Positions 1 to 9,578 of a stretch of 64,000 nt of DNA are shown piece by piece. Positions within the stretch are counted from its first letter, which is position 1; every line of letters begins with the position of its first letter. The DNA is taken from the sequence record KJ019086.1; one strand, written 5' to 3'. The position numbers and the translations under genes are program-made. Below the pieces are notes generated by a model that saw only the letters and a program-made list of their open reading frames with translations, did not search any database and was not told where the DNA came from.

Positions 1-2
1 AC

Positions 3-281
3 CTTACAGTAGTTGTATTCACTGATGATCCAGAGTGGGCTAAAGAACAACCACTCTTTCCAGATGATAGGTTCTTTGTATCAGAGACAGACTGTCCCTA
101 TACAGACCTTGCTCTTATGAGTATGTGTGATTATCATATTATTGCCAACAGTTCATACTCTTGGTGGGGTGCATACTTATCTGATAGTAAGAAAGTAATT
201 GCTCCTAAACAGTGGTTTGGGGAACCACTTAAAACAAATAACCTGAAAGATCTTTATTGTGATGGGTGGGTGAAACTATGA
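3..281 (+). CDS. alpha-1,2-fucosyltransferase (GT11), 3' part, truncated by window edge
   Basis: Hand translation (not in ORF track): ...VFTDDPEWAKEQ...DLALMSMCDYHIIANSSYSWWGAYL...VIAPKQWFG...; FSDD/ANSSFSWW/APxxWF are GT11 C-terminal motifs. TGA stop overlaps the next ATG (ATGA). Confidence 0.85.
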   Translation, partial: LTVVVFTDDPEWAKEQPLFPDDRFFVSETDCPYTDLALMSMCDYHIIANSSYSWWGAYLSDSKKVIAPKQWFGEPLKTNNLKDLYCDGWVKL

Positions 282-901
282 GTAACTTTGCAAGTGCTAA
301 ACAGTTTATCAAGAATGGTATTGATACACAACAGGAGTCTATCTCTGGTGGTGGCAGCACTATGGCTTCCACAGTTGCCTTCAGATACTTCCTACCAAAG
401 TATATCAAACAGTATGGTATTGAGAGTATCTTAGACATTGGGTGTGGTGACTGGCATTGGATGTCTACTATCAGAGAAGAGTTTCCTGATGTAGACTATG
501 AGGGATGGGATGCCTCTGAGGATATGATTAATCCCATGACTGAGAAGTATGGAACAGAGAATACCAGGTTTGAGGTAAAGGATATCATTGATAACAAGTA
601 TCCCAAAGTGGATTTGGTTATCGCTCGTGATGTTCTATTCCACCTCAAAGAAGATTACCTAAAGAAGGTTCTCAAGAATATCAGTAAGGCAGGTGTGAAG
701 TATCTACTAGCAACTACCTTCCCAGGTTTACCTAAGAACGAAGAACTCACTCCTAAGAAATATGACGGTTGGGGATTCAGACCAATCAATCTGGATATCG
801 AGCCTTATAATATGAAAGATTATTGTATCAATGATTTCAAGGAAACCACAGCCCCCAACAGGGGGTATCATCGTCATGTGTATTTGTATGAGGTAAAATG
901 A
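278..901 (+). CDS. class I SAM-dependent methyltransferase
   Basis: SILDIGCGDWHW glycine-rich motif I, DLVIARDVLFHL motif. Start moved to ATG 278, which overlaps the upstream stop. Confidence 0.8.
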   Translation: MSNFASAKQFIKNGIDTQQESISGGGSTMASTVAFRYFLPKYIKQYGIESILDIGCGDWHWMSTIREEFPDVDYEGWDASEDMINPMTEKYGTENTRFEVKDIIDNKYPKVDLVIARDVLFHLKEDYLKKVLKNISKAGVKYLLATTFPGLPKNEELTPKKYDGWGFRPINLDIEPYNMKDYCINDFKETTAPNRGYHRHVYLYEVK

Positions 902-1050
902 AGATCGAAATTGAACTCTCTAAAGATGTAGAATACAAAGGAGAGAAACTAGGTGAGTATATCTGGAACCTAGAAGAGGGAATTAATCATGTTACTGGTT
1001 TTGGTGATTCACTTGAGGAATGTTTTAAGGAAATTGTGAGGTTTAGATGA
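898..1050 (+). CDS. small hypothetical protein (50 aa)
   Basis: Hand translation MKIEIELSKDVEYKGEKLGEYIWNLEEGINHVTGFGDSLEECFKEIVRFR; exactly fills the gap with ATGA overlaps at both ends. Confidence 0.7.
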   Translation: MKIEIELSKDVEYKGEKLGEYIWNLEEGINHVTGFGDSLEECFKEIVRFR

Positions 1051-1778
1051 AGAAAGTAGCTATTATCTTTATTGGAACAGGTAGATACCTAGAGTTTCTA
1101 CCAAAGTATTATGAACAGGCAGAAGCAAACCTCTTCCCTGACAGACCCAAACACTACTATGTGTTTACTGATGGTGACTTAGGTAATGAACTACCTGACA
1201 ATGTAACTGTATACGAACAGGAACATCTCCAATGGCCATATATCACCCTCTATCGTTTTGGTATTATCCAGAAACACTTAGAGGAGATTGAGAAAGAGTG
1301 TGGTTTCCTACTCTTTATGGACGCTGACACACAGGTAGTATCCCCTGTATCGTTCGATGAAGTATTCAAGAAGGGAAAACCCTATACAGGTGTTCACCAC
1401 CCCTGTCACGCCCTGAATATGCCACCACACAATGAGTTTCCTGGTAGTCTAGAAACTAATACAGCATCTAAGGCAGCATGTAAACCTGGTGATGACTTCT
1501 CTGTCTATTGGCAAGGTTGTGTCTGGGGTGGAAACATCAAGGGTGCTCGTAAGATTATCGATACTCTCCACCATAGAACTAAACAGGACGAGGAGAATGG
1601 TATTGTTGCTCTATGGCATGATGAAAGTCATATCAATAGATACTTCCTTGATAATAAAGATAAGGTGAATACCCTATCACCTAGTTTCGCATACCCAGAG
1701 TCCTTCACTGAGTATATGGAAGACTATGAACCTAAGATTGTACACCTAGCAAAAGAGAATTCTAAGTATCAGGTATGA
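1047..1778 (+). CDS. family 6 glycosyltransferase (ABO / alpha-1,3-Gal(NAc) transferase-like)
   Basis: IFIGTGRYLEF N-terminus, FMDAD (DxD), YWQGCVWGG, ALWHDESHINRYF - GT6 signature motifs. Confidence 0.88.
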   Translation: MKKVAIIFIGTGRYLEFLPKYYEQAEANLFPDRPKHYYVFTDGDLGNELPDNVTVYEQEHLQWPYITLYRFGIIQKHLEEIEKECGFLLFMDADTQVVSPVSFDEVFKKGKPYTGVHHPCHALNMPPHNEFPGSLETNTASKAACKPGDDFSVYWQGCVWGGNIKGARKIIDTLHHRTKQDEENGIVALWHDESHINRYFLDNKDKVNTLSPSFAYPESFTEYMEDYEPKIVHLAKENSKYQV

Positions 1779-2398
1779 GTTACTTCACAGATTATGACAA
1801 CGAATTCACAGTATTCGAGGCACCAAAGAACGGGGGAACTACTCTCCGTCTTTGGATATACTACGCAGGAACAGGGGAGTTAGTAAAGTCAGCGGAGTCT
1901 GAATACTACGCTGGCACTGGAGAAACATACAAACAACTCCAAGAGTGGGGTTATGTGAATGGGGAATACGAGAACCCCAAGACCCAGATGGTATGTATCA
2001 AGAGAGACCCTGTAGATAGGTTTGTAAGTGCCTTCTATGATAAGGTAATCAAAGAGGGGAGAATCAAAGTAACCATCGATGAGTTTCTCTCAAACTATGA
2101 AGAGATACTTGATAAGTCTACCCTCAAGATGAATGATGGTAAGACTAACTTCATGAAGTTTCACTTTGAGTCACAGACATATCACTTCGGTAAAGATAAA
2201 GATCTATATCATAAGGTCTTTGATATCTCAGAGGTTGGTACTGGTCTGAAGAAGTATCTGGAGGGTAAGTGGAATATAGAACTACCTGATGTCCATGCTA
2301 GAAATAGTGGTGGTGGTCGGAAGTTTGATCTCTCCAGGGGACAACTGAATAAGGTGAAGGAAATCTACACACAGGACTATTATAATGGCTGGTACTGA
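1775..2398 (+). CDS. sulfotransferase family 2 protein
   Basis: APKNGGTTLR (5'-PSB-like) and KRDPVDRFVSAF (3'-PB) motifs. Confidence 0.75.
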   Translation: MSYFTDYDNEFTVFEAPKNGGTTLRLWIYYAGTGELVKSAESEYYAGTGETYKQLQEWGYVNGEYENPKTQMVCIKRDPVDRFVSAFYDKVIKEGRIKVTIDEFLSNYEEILDKSTLKMNDGKTNFMKFHFESQTYHFGKDKDLYHKVFDISEVGTGLKKYLEGKWNIELPDVHARNSGGGRKFDLSRGQLNKVKEIYTQDYYNGWY

Positions 2399-3170
2399 AG
2401 GATATATCCTGATAGGTATTGGTGATAGGTATCTACAGATGACAGAGAACCTCACTAAAACTCTAAAGAAACATGGAGACAATAGAGGATCCCTAACTAT
2501 CACAAGATCAGATAATAGGGAACTCTATAGTGAGTGTAACACTGAGTTTGAGAGGAATGGAACTCTACCTAAGATTACCTTAGACAGATACTTACCTTTT
2601 GATCACAATATATTCCTAGATGCTGATATGTTATGTGTAGGTGATACCCAACATGTATGGGATCTATTCAGGAGTAGTGATCAGTTTGTTCAACAGGTAG
2701 GATGTACTCAGAGAGATCCTGCTTTCCACGCTCACCAGTATGAGAGTGAGTTGGGTTTTGAGATTCCTAGAGTCCATGGTGGTTGTATCTACATCAATAG
2801 AGAGAAACTAGACCCAGGGTTCTTTCCCTATATGAGAGAGTGTTTCCTAAACTATAAACAAATATTTCATAATAGTGGTCTAACCTATAAGAATAGTAGA
2901 CCAGATCAACCACTATACGCTCTAGCAAATGGTATGTGGGGATTCAAACCTGTGGATCTATACACTAACCCTATCATGACTATTGTGAATGATAGTACCC
3001 CACCCCCACTAGATAGTGTGTTCTTCAATAAGAAGAGGGGTCCTAAGTTAGATACTCCTGTTCCCTTTGTTCATGTATTCCGTGGAGAAGAGGGTATGTC
3101 TAAGGGTTATACTAGAGGTGACCAGAAGATGTTGTTGTCCCATTATGATTACTACCTGAACTATGAATAA
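2385..3170 (+). CDS. GT-A fold glycosyltransferase (GT8-like)
   Basis: IFLDADMLC DxD motif, DQPLYALA motif, glycan-cluster context. Confidence 0.6.
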   Translation: MAGTEGYILIGIGDRYLQMTENLTKTLKKHGDNRGSLTITRSDNRELYSECNTEFERNGTLPKITLDRYLPFDHNIFLDADMLCVGDTQHVWDLFRSSDQFVQQVGCTQRDPAFHAHQYESELGFEIPRVHGGCIYINREKLDPGFFPYMRECFLNYKQIFHNSGLTYKNSRPDQPLYALANGMWGFKPVDLYTNPIMTIVNDSTPPPLDSVFFNKKRGPKLDTPVPFVHVFRGEEGMSKGYTRGDQKMLLSHYDYYLNYE

Positions 3171-3951
3171 AACTATATGGATGTGTTGGTTCCAGGGTTG
3201 GGATAAGGCACCAGAGATTACAGAGAAGTGTTTAGAGTCCTGGAAACACTACAATAGTGATTGGGATATTGTTCTACTAGATGAATCCAACTACAAGGAT
3301 TACATCTCCATTGATAAAGAACTACCAGGACTGAAGACAAACTATATCTCACTGGGTGATATCCTTCGTCTCTTTCTACTAAAAGAGCATGGTGGAGTAT
3401 GGGCAGATGCAACTATCTTCTGCAACAAACCAGTGGATTGGGTTTTGGATTATGAGGATTCTTTCATCTTCACCAGGAAGGATAAGATGATTGCCTCTTG
3501 GTTTGTTGCTGCTCAGAAAGATTCCCATGTTGTAGATGTATGGTATAATAAGATGTTAGAGTTCTGGAAGTATCGTATGGAAAATACAGATACTTTCGAG
3601 CAACAATATGGTTGGATACACGCTTTGTTCCGTCAGTCCTACGCTCAGGATAAGGGGTTCAGGGATATTGTAGATAGTATGGATAAGATTGATTGCATGA
3701 GTGATGGTCAATCTAGAGGTAAGGGTCCGCACTTCTTTGCACCCTACAGTAAATACTTCTACAACCCTATCAGTGACACGATAAAGAATCGTATAGACTC
3801 TAAAGTTGATCCACTATATAAGTTGTCTTACAAGGCAAACACAGACTGGAGAAGTCCAGAGAACAGGGGTATCCACCCAGCAGACCAAAAGATTATGTTG
3901 GAATATCCAACTAATAGTGAACTACATTATCTACTCAACACATTAAAATGA
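3163..3951 (+). CDS. capsular polysaccharide synthesis protein (Caps_synth / GT32-like)
   Basis: IWMCWFQGWDKAPEI...CLESW, GDILRLFLLKEHGGVWADAT motifs. Confidence 0.8.
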   Translation: MNKTIWMCWFQGWDKAPEITEKCLESWKHYNSDWDIVLLDESNYKDYISIDKELPGLKTNYISLGDILRLFLLKEHGGVWADATIFCNKPVDWVLDYEDSFIFTRKDKMIASWFVAAQKDSHVVDVWYNKMLEFWKYRMENTDTFEQQYGWIHALFRQSYAQDKGFRDIVDSMDKIDCMSDGQSRGKGPHFFAPYSKYFYNPISDTIKNRIDSKVDPLYKLSYKANTDWRSPENRGIHPADQKIMLEYPTNSELHYLLNTLK

Positions 3952-4853
3952 CAAATAAATCATTGGTTACCGGTGGCGCGGGTTTCATCGGGTCACATAT
4001 TGTGGACCGACTTATTACACTAGGACATCAAGTCGTAGTGATTGACAATGAATCCTCTGATGGTCATGATGAATACCATTGGAACAGAAGCGGACAAGTA
4101 CAAAACCATAAGGCAGACATTCGTGACTACGATGCAATCAAACACTTGTTTGGTGGAGTCAATAATGTTTTTCACCTTGCCGCTAAAGCATCAGTACAGG
4201 CGTCAGTAGATAACCCCCTACCAACTATTGCCACACAGGTAATGGGAACCGCCAATGTATTGGAGGCAGCACGACAATCTGGTGTGAGTAAGTTTGTATA
4301 TTCCTCTACTAGTGCTTGTTATGGTAACAACAACCCCATTCCTAATGTAGAAACGATGAGAGAAGATCCTCTCAACGCCTATGCTATTGGTAAGTTATCT
4401 GGGGAACAACTAGTTCGTGCCTATCACTACCTCTATGGTATGAAGACGGTGGCATTCCGTTATACCAATGTATATGGGGAGAGGGCAAGACATGTTGGAC
4501 ATTACGCTCCTGCTGTTAGTAAGTTTCTAAAGATGAGAGCACAGGGAGAACCTCTAACTATCTTTGGTGATGGTGCCCAACGCCGAGACTTTATTCATGT
4601 ATCTGATGTAGTCAACGCTAACTGCTGTATTACCTATGAGGAACTAGAGCAGTGGGGTGAGACCTACAACATTGGTTATGGTAAGAACTGGAGTATCCAA
4701 GAGATTGCAGACTCTATCAGTCAGGAACAGATTCACCTATCTGCTCGTACTGGTGAGATGCGTGAGACGCTTGCTGATATTGGGAAGGCAAAGGCAGAGT
4801 TGATGTGGAAACCAAAGACTGACATCATGGATTGGATTAGGGTACAACTCTGA
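3948..4853 (+). CDS. NAD-dependent nucleotide-sugar epimerase/dehydratase
   Basis: LVTGGAGFIGSH, VFHLAA, YSSTSACYG, YAIGK (YxxxK), RDFIHVSD. Confidence 0.92.
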   Translation: MTNKSLVTGGAGFIGSHIVDRLITLGHQVVVIDNESSDGHDEYHWNRSGQVQNHKADIRDYDAIKHLFGGVNNVFHLAAKASVQASVDNPLPTIATQVMGTANVLEAARQSGVSKFVYSSTSACYGNNNPIPNVETMREDPLNAYAIGKLSGEQLVRAYHYLYGMKTVAFRYTNVYGERARHVGHYAPAVSKFLKMRAQGEPLTIFGDGAQRRDFIHVSDVVNANCCITYEELEQWGETYNIGYGKNWSIQEIADSISQEQIHLSARTGEMRETLADIGKAKAELMWKPKTDIMDWIRVQL

Positions 4854-5470
4854 TGCCAGTATTTCAGAAGGACAACAAGAAAGTTCTATTCATCCATGTT
4901 CCCAAGACTGCAGGAAGTTCTGTGAATAAACTCTTTGCGAATAATGGATATGAAATGTCCTACTATTCTGAGAGTTCTAAAGATCTATACAATGGATTAT
5001 GTGGACCACAACATCTGGACTCACTTCTATTGGAAGATGAGTTCCAAGATTTCTCTCAGTTTGATTATATCTTCTCTATCTTCAGAGACCCAGTAGACAG
5101 ACATCTATCTGAGTTCACCTGGGCACCCTGGGGACTAATGGGTAGAAACATCTACACACCAGAAAGATTTGATGAGTGGTGTCCTAAGATATTCAGAGCG
5201 TATCAGGACTCACCATATAGGATGGATAATCACATTAGACCTCAACATGAGTTCTATGTCAATGGATGTGATGTGTATGACTATGAAAATATCAATACAC
5301 TCACAGAGAAACTATGTGATAAAATAGGTCTAGATAATAAAGAGATGCCATATGAAAGGTCTTCACGATATGATAGTGAGGATTATGTCATCTATGAAGA
5401 TACTTACAATTGTATTACTGAATTTTACAAAGGAGACTATCAATGGCAAAAGGATTCAGTCCTGTTGTGA
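4853..5470 (+). CDS. sulfotransferase family 2 protein
   Basis: FIHVPKTAGSS and FRDPVDRHLSEF motifs, HIRPQ. Confidence 0.8.
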   Translation: MPVFQKDNKKVLFIHVPKTAGSSVNKLFANNGYEMSYYSESSKDLYNGLCGPQHLDSLLLEDEFQDFSQFDYIFSIFRDPVDRHLSEFTWAPWGLMGRNIYTPERFDEWCPKIFRAYQDSPYRMDNHIRPQHEFYVNGCDVYDYENINTLTEKLCDKIGLDNKEMPYERSSRYDSEDYVIYEDTYNCITEFYKGDYQWQKDSVLL

Positions 5471-6321
5471 CTAAGGATAAGAACAAGTCCCAGTTCAAAC
5501 TACAGGGTGTTCCTAGGATTTACTACATCAGTTTAGATGATCATGCTCATCGTCAAGACTATATGGAGTCCCAGTTTGAAGACTGGGGCATCACTAACTT
5601 CGAAAGAATCTCTGCTCATGATGGTAGAGGTGATAATGATCTGAGTGATATTCTCAAAGGATCTTATCCAAAGATGATGAGTTCTGGTGAGGTTGGTTGT
5701 GTAACCTCTCACCTAAAGGCACTAAAACACTGGTTAGATACTACAGAGGGTGAAGAGTTTCTCCTTATGATGGAGGATGATTGTGATATCTCCACTGCTG
5801 CCCACTGGGGTTTCTCCTGGAGGGAGTTTATTGGGAATATTCCATCCCATGTAGATTGTGTTCAGTTAGCAGTTATCAACCCATCAGAACTACATATCAA
5901 ACTCCATATCAGGTTTGTGAATGATTTCTCCACTGCCTCATACCTAATCCGTAGATCACACGCAGAGAAGTTAGTTAGACTCTATTGTAGGGGTGATAAG
6001 TATAAACTTGATAGTGATATCAAACCCAGAGCAGTTGCTGATGATCTTATCTACAACTCTGGTGTGACTCTTGCTATGCCTCTATTTGCCTTCAAGATTG
6101 CACTAGGTTCCAGTATCCATGATGTCCATATCAATACCTTCCACAAGAGTAGTCATGATGGTATCTGGGAGTTTTGGAAGAAAACAGCACCAACTATTGA
6201 GAACTGGAAACCATTCTTCAACTATGATGCCTATCTGGGAACCCTACCACCCAATGTTGTGGTTCAACAATGGCAGCAAAAACAGGAATCCAAAGCAAAA
6301 GATTCAGGGGCTTCGCAATAG
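5443..6321 (+). CDS. family 25 glycosyltransferase
   Basis: IYYISL...RQDYM, FERISAHDG, GEVGCVTSHL, MMEDD - GT25 motifs. Confidence 0.85.
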   Translation: MAKGFSPVVTKDKNKSQFKLQGVPRIYYISLDDHAHRQDYMESQFEDWGITNFERISAHDGRGDNDLSDILKGSYPKMMSSGEVGCVTSHLKALKHWLDTTEGEEFLLMMEDDCDISTAAHWGFSWREFIGNIPSHVDCVQLAVINPSELHIKLHIRFVNDFSTASYLIRRSHAEKLVRLYCRGDKYKLDSDIKPRAVADDLIYNSGVTLAMPLFAFKIALGSSIHDVHINTFHKSSHDGIWEFWKKTAPTIENWKPFFNYDAYLGTLPPNVVVQQWQQKQESKAKDSGASQ

Positions 6322-6365
6322 AACATATATATGTTATAATATTTACATTCACCCATGAGGTTATT

Positions 6366-6485
6366 ATGAAATTTGGTTTTACCCCCGAAGCAGAAATCCT
6401 AAACGCTCGTTTGGCAATGTTGGGATTCGTTATCGCCGTAGGCACTTACTTGACCACAGGTCAGATTATTCCAGGAGTTCTTTGA
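6366..6485 (+). CDS. hli: high-light-inducible protein (39 aa)
   Basis: [13 protein letters not shown] chlorophyll-binding motif. ATG at 6366 follows a GAGG RBS; the longer ORF in the track is an upstream extension. Confidence 0.92.
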   Translation: MKFGFTPEAEILNARLAMLGFVIAVGTYLTTGQIIPGVL

Positions 6486-6778
6486 TGGCGTTTTCTGTAA
6501 CACTTAGATCACCTACTGGTGAAGATAAAGTTGTAACAGTGGAGGGAGATCAATACATCCTAGATGCCGCAGAGGAAGCGGGTGTAGATCTCCCATATTC
6601 ATGTAGAGCTGGTGCTTGTTCATCCTGTGCAGGTAAGATTGTATCTGGAAAGGTGAATCAAGAAGACCAGTCATTCTTAGATGATGATCAGATCGAAGCA
6701 GGTTTCGCACTCTTATGTGTAGCTTATGCCGAATCTGATTGTGTGATTGAGACGGAAAAAGAGGAAACCCTTTACTGA
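6485..6778 (+). CDS. petF: plant-type [2Fe-2S] ferredoxin
   Basis: [16 protein letters not shown]...LLCVAY signature. Confidence 0.96.
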   Translation: MAFSVTLRSPTGEDKVVTVEGDQYILDAAEEAGVDLPYSCRAGACSSCAGKIVSGKVNQEDQSFLDDDQIEAGFALLCVAYAESDCVIETEKEETLY

Positions 6779-6783
6779 GACTG

Positions 6784-6933
6784 ATGTCTAATCCAAACGC
6801 TCTATATGAAGATATGGAGAAACTGAATGCCCTCTACGAAGAACTTTGTTGGGGGCATAACGATGAACTACAATTTTCCCATGACGGGGAGAGCATTATT
6901 ATTACCAATAAAACCCAGGAGAAACAAAAATGA
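6784..6933 (+). CDS. small hypothetical protein (49 aa)
   Basis: Hand translation MSNPNALYEDMEKLNALYEELCWGHNDELQFSHDGESIIITNKTQEKQK; fills petF-hli gap, ATGA overlap with hli. Confidence 0.7.
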   Translation: MSNPNALYEDMEKLNALYEELCWGHNDELQFSHDGESIIITNKTQEKQK

Positions 6934-7139
6934 CAGTAACAACTGAAGACGGCGGCCGCACAAACATGTACGCCACTGAACCCACTATGTTTATTGATCC
7001 TTCTTACACTGAGAAGTATGGTTTAGAAACACACGCGGAACGAGCTGAAACAGCAAACGGGCGTTGGGCAATGATTGGATTTGTTTCTGGTATTGTATCC
7101 TATGTTATTACTGGTAACTTCTTCTTTGGTGTTATCTAA
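6930..7139 (+). CDS. hli: high-light-inducible protein (69 aa)
   Basis: MTVTTEDGGRTNMYATEP N-terminus and AETANGRWAMIGF motif. Confidence 0.92.
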   Translation: MTVTTEDGGRTNMYATEPTMFIDPSYTEKYGLETHAERAETANGRWAMIGFVSGIVSYVITGNFFFGVI

Positions 7140-7145
7140 TATTAG

Positions 7146-7173
7146 AAGGAGGGTTTGATACCCTCCTTTTTTT
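7146..7173 (+). terminator. intrinsic terminator
   Basis: AAGGAGGGT-ttgat-ACCCTCCTT followed by a T run. Confidence 0.85.
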
Positions 7174-7180
7174 GTGCTCC

Positions 7181-7188
7181 TATAAATA
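7181..7188 (+). promoter_or_regulatory. T4-type late promoter
   Basis: Exact TATAAATA 32 nt upstream of the fibre gene ATG. Confidence 0.75.
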
Positions 7189-7220
7189 CCTTTTAGGCAC
7201 CCACACACCTTCGTATCAAA

Positions 7221-9536
7221 ATGGCATTTAAGATTAATGGCGTAGTACGCATTGATAATAGTGGCAACGGTTTTCTGGGAATTGTAACCGCTACCGACGC
7301 TAATATCACAGGAGTTCTCACTGCCACTGAGGTGGATGCGAAAGTATCATCTAAGGCAATAACTGAACAAACAGATGGAACCGTAGATGATGTAACTGGT
7401 GCAGATGAACTATTACTATTAGATGCCGAGACTGGTGGATTACTAAGAGTATCAATAGATGAGTTCGTGCAGGGTTCAGGCATTGGAACTCTAGTAACGG
7501 ACTTTGATAACTTAACTGTTACTGGTATCACAACCGTTGCCACCCTCAAAGGTATTGGATCTAATAACATCAGTGTAGGGAGCACACTTTCCTTTGCTGA
7601 TGGTACAGAGATCATCATGGGTGACTCTGGTGACTTCAGTATTCATCATGATGGTGACCATACTTACCTAGATGAGACGGGGCAGGGTAATCTAAAACTC
7701 CGTACAAATAACTTTAGAGTAACAAATATAGCAGAAACAAAACCAGCTATTACAGCACAGGTTACTTCTGGTGTTGAGTTGTATTTTGATGGTAATAAGA
7801 AGATAGAAACTACAAATACTGGTGTTCTTGTGAGTGGTATGCTCACTGCTGATAGATTAAGATCAGGTGATATTGCTGCTAGAAATGTAATCACACTGGG
7901 TATTACCACTATCCAAGATCATTTGGAAGTGAATGATAGTACTGGTTCTGGTACGGAATATAATCTTAATGTTAAGACTAATGGTAGTTCTACCTTTGGT
8001 GTCTTAGGTAATGGAAATATTCTACTTGGAAACAGTTCCGGTGCTCCATTCATGGCGACGAATGATCACCACGCAACTTCCAAGAAATATGTAGATGACG
8101 CCATCGCTGATGCTCCTAGCGGTGCTGCGGCTTGGGGTACTGTTGCCGCAAACAACAGTGGTGGTGCTAGTAGTATTACTTTACTGGGTGGGATGAATGT
8201 AGCAAGTGTCACAGCTGGCACATCAAATGCAAAAGGAAATTTCGTGGTTACATTTGCCACTCCAATGCCTGATGCAAACTATTCAGTAACCGCTAGTTAT
8301 AATAACGCTAATGTTAACACATATGGGGATATTAGTGTAGGTTCTAAAACAGCAAGTAGTTTTGAGGTTCAAACTTTTGAATCATCAAATCTGCCTGACT
8401 GGCAGGGGTTTGGATTTGTCGTCTTCGCAACCAATGCCTTCCCACCAACAGGCGGCACCGGCACAGATAGCTGGGCAGCTGTAGATCAAACTATTGTTAA
8501 TGGTGCTTGTAATGTACCGGCAAGTTTTAACGTTGCTTCAGTAACTAGAACTGGACTGGGCCTATATGACGTGGTGTTTACAACGCCGATGCCTACTGAT
8601 AAATACAGCGTTGTGGGTAGCATTACCCGAGACACATTTTCTAATTTCTGTACTTCTAATAGGTCGGCTACTGGCTTTACAGTAAAGAACACCTATCAGA
8701 ATCGCGATAACGGTGCTACTCAGTATGCAGACAACCCTTTCTCCTTCACCGTCAACGCCACCAACGCAACGCTACCTGAAACTATTACAACGGATCAGTT
8801 TACCTCTGCGTTTAATGCTCCTACCTTCAAAAACATTCTCATCAATGGAAATCTGACAATTAATCAACGTAATGTTAATATTACATCTGTTTCTGCCGGT
8901 GAATATGGTGAAGATCGTTGGAAAAAGACATTAGGTGGGATGACGCAGATTGTTGAAGATGGTAATTATCTACCAAGTTCTTCTTACACTTTATCTGGAA
9001 CAGGTATTACTACAACTACAGCAAACTCACCTGCTTCTGGTGACTGGGACATCTCAACAACCTTTGGTGATATTCCTATTACTGCTCGTTCTATCCAACT
9101 TGAATATGGCAACGTAGCCTCAGCGTTTGACTTGAGACCGGTTGGGGTGGAGCTGAGTTTGTGTCATCGTTATTTTTATAGAATAATAAGGTCCGTCAAC
9201 AGCACTCCTTTTACTATTAAATCTAACAGTAACTCAAACGACATTCCCGCTGTAGGCTCGATCGAGTGTTCTTACAGTGTAGTTTTTCCAGCCATAATGA
9301 GAACCCAACCTACTGGCTCAAATTACAGTAACAACGGAGCAAATAACTATTTGGCAATTCCAGGATATAGGGCTATTACTAACTCTTTTCTGGCAAGCGA
9401 TGTAAGTTTTTCATACGCATCCTCTGAAGCCGCAGTAATTTTAGTGGATACGACCTTAGGGAGCATCGGAGTAGTTCAAGGAGCTGCGTTCCCGCTAGAG
9501 GCGGCTTTTAGTTATGACATCGACGCCGAACTTTAA
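7221..9536 (+). CDS. tail fibre / virion adhesin-like protein (771 aa)
   Basis: GIVTAT/GITT fibre repeats, two tandem AW...NVASVT...G.(F/Y).V.F.TPMP...YSV domains, C-terminal KNILING...DRW...QLEYG...ELSLCHRYF domain typical of phage fibres; late promoter. Confidence 0.7.
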   Translation: MAFKINGVVRIDNSGNGFLGIVTATDANITGVLTATEVDAKVSSKAITEQTDGTVDDVTGADELLLLDAETGGLLRVSIDEFVQGSGIGTLVTDFDNLTVTGITTVATLKGIGSNNISVGSTLSFADGTEIIMGDSGDFSIHHDGDHTYLDETGQGNLKLRTNNFRVTNIAETKPAITAQVTSGVELYFDGNKKIETTNTGVLVSGMLTADRLRSGDIAARNVITLGITTIQDHLEVNDSTGSGTEYNLNVKTNGSSTFGVLGNGNILLGNSSGAPFMATNDHHATSKKYVDDAIADAPSGAAAWGTVAANNSGGASSITLLGGMNVASVTAGTSNAKGNFVVTFATPMPDANYSVTASYNNANVNTYGDISVGSKTASSFEVQTFESSNLPDWQGFGFVVFATNAFPPTGGTGTDSWAAVDQTIVNGACNVPASFNVASVTRTGLGLYDVVFTTPMPTDKYSVVGSITRDTFSNFCTSNRSATGFTVKNTYQNRDNGATQYADNPFSFTVNATNATLPETITTDQFTSAFNAPTFKNILINGNLTINQRNVNITSVSAGEYGEDRWKKTLGGMTQIVEDGNYLPSSSYTLSGTGITTTTANSPASGDWDISTTFGDIPITARSIQLEYGNVASAFDLRPVGVELSLCHRYFYRIIRSVNSTPFTIKSNSNSNDIPAVGSIECSYSVVFPAIMRTQPTGSNYSNNGANNYLAIPGYRAITNSFLASDVSFSYASSEAAVILVDTTLGSIGVVQGAAFPLEAAFSYDIDAEL

Positions 9537-9578
9537 ACTCCTTAATTCCTTACAATAGAACTATCACACTTTAAAACT

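Noticed and set aside
6270-6365. N-terminal extension of the first hli in the ORF track
   Set aside because: It overlaps the GT25 end and a promoter; the RBS and typical hli length support ATG 6366.
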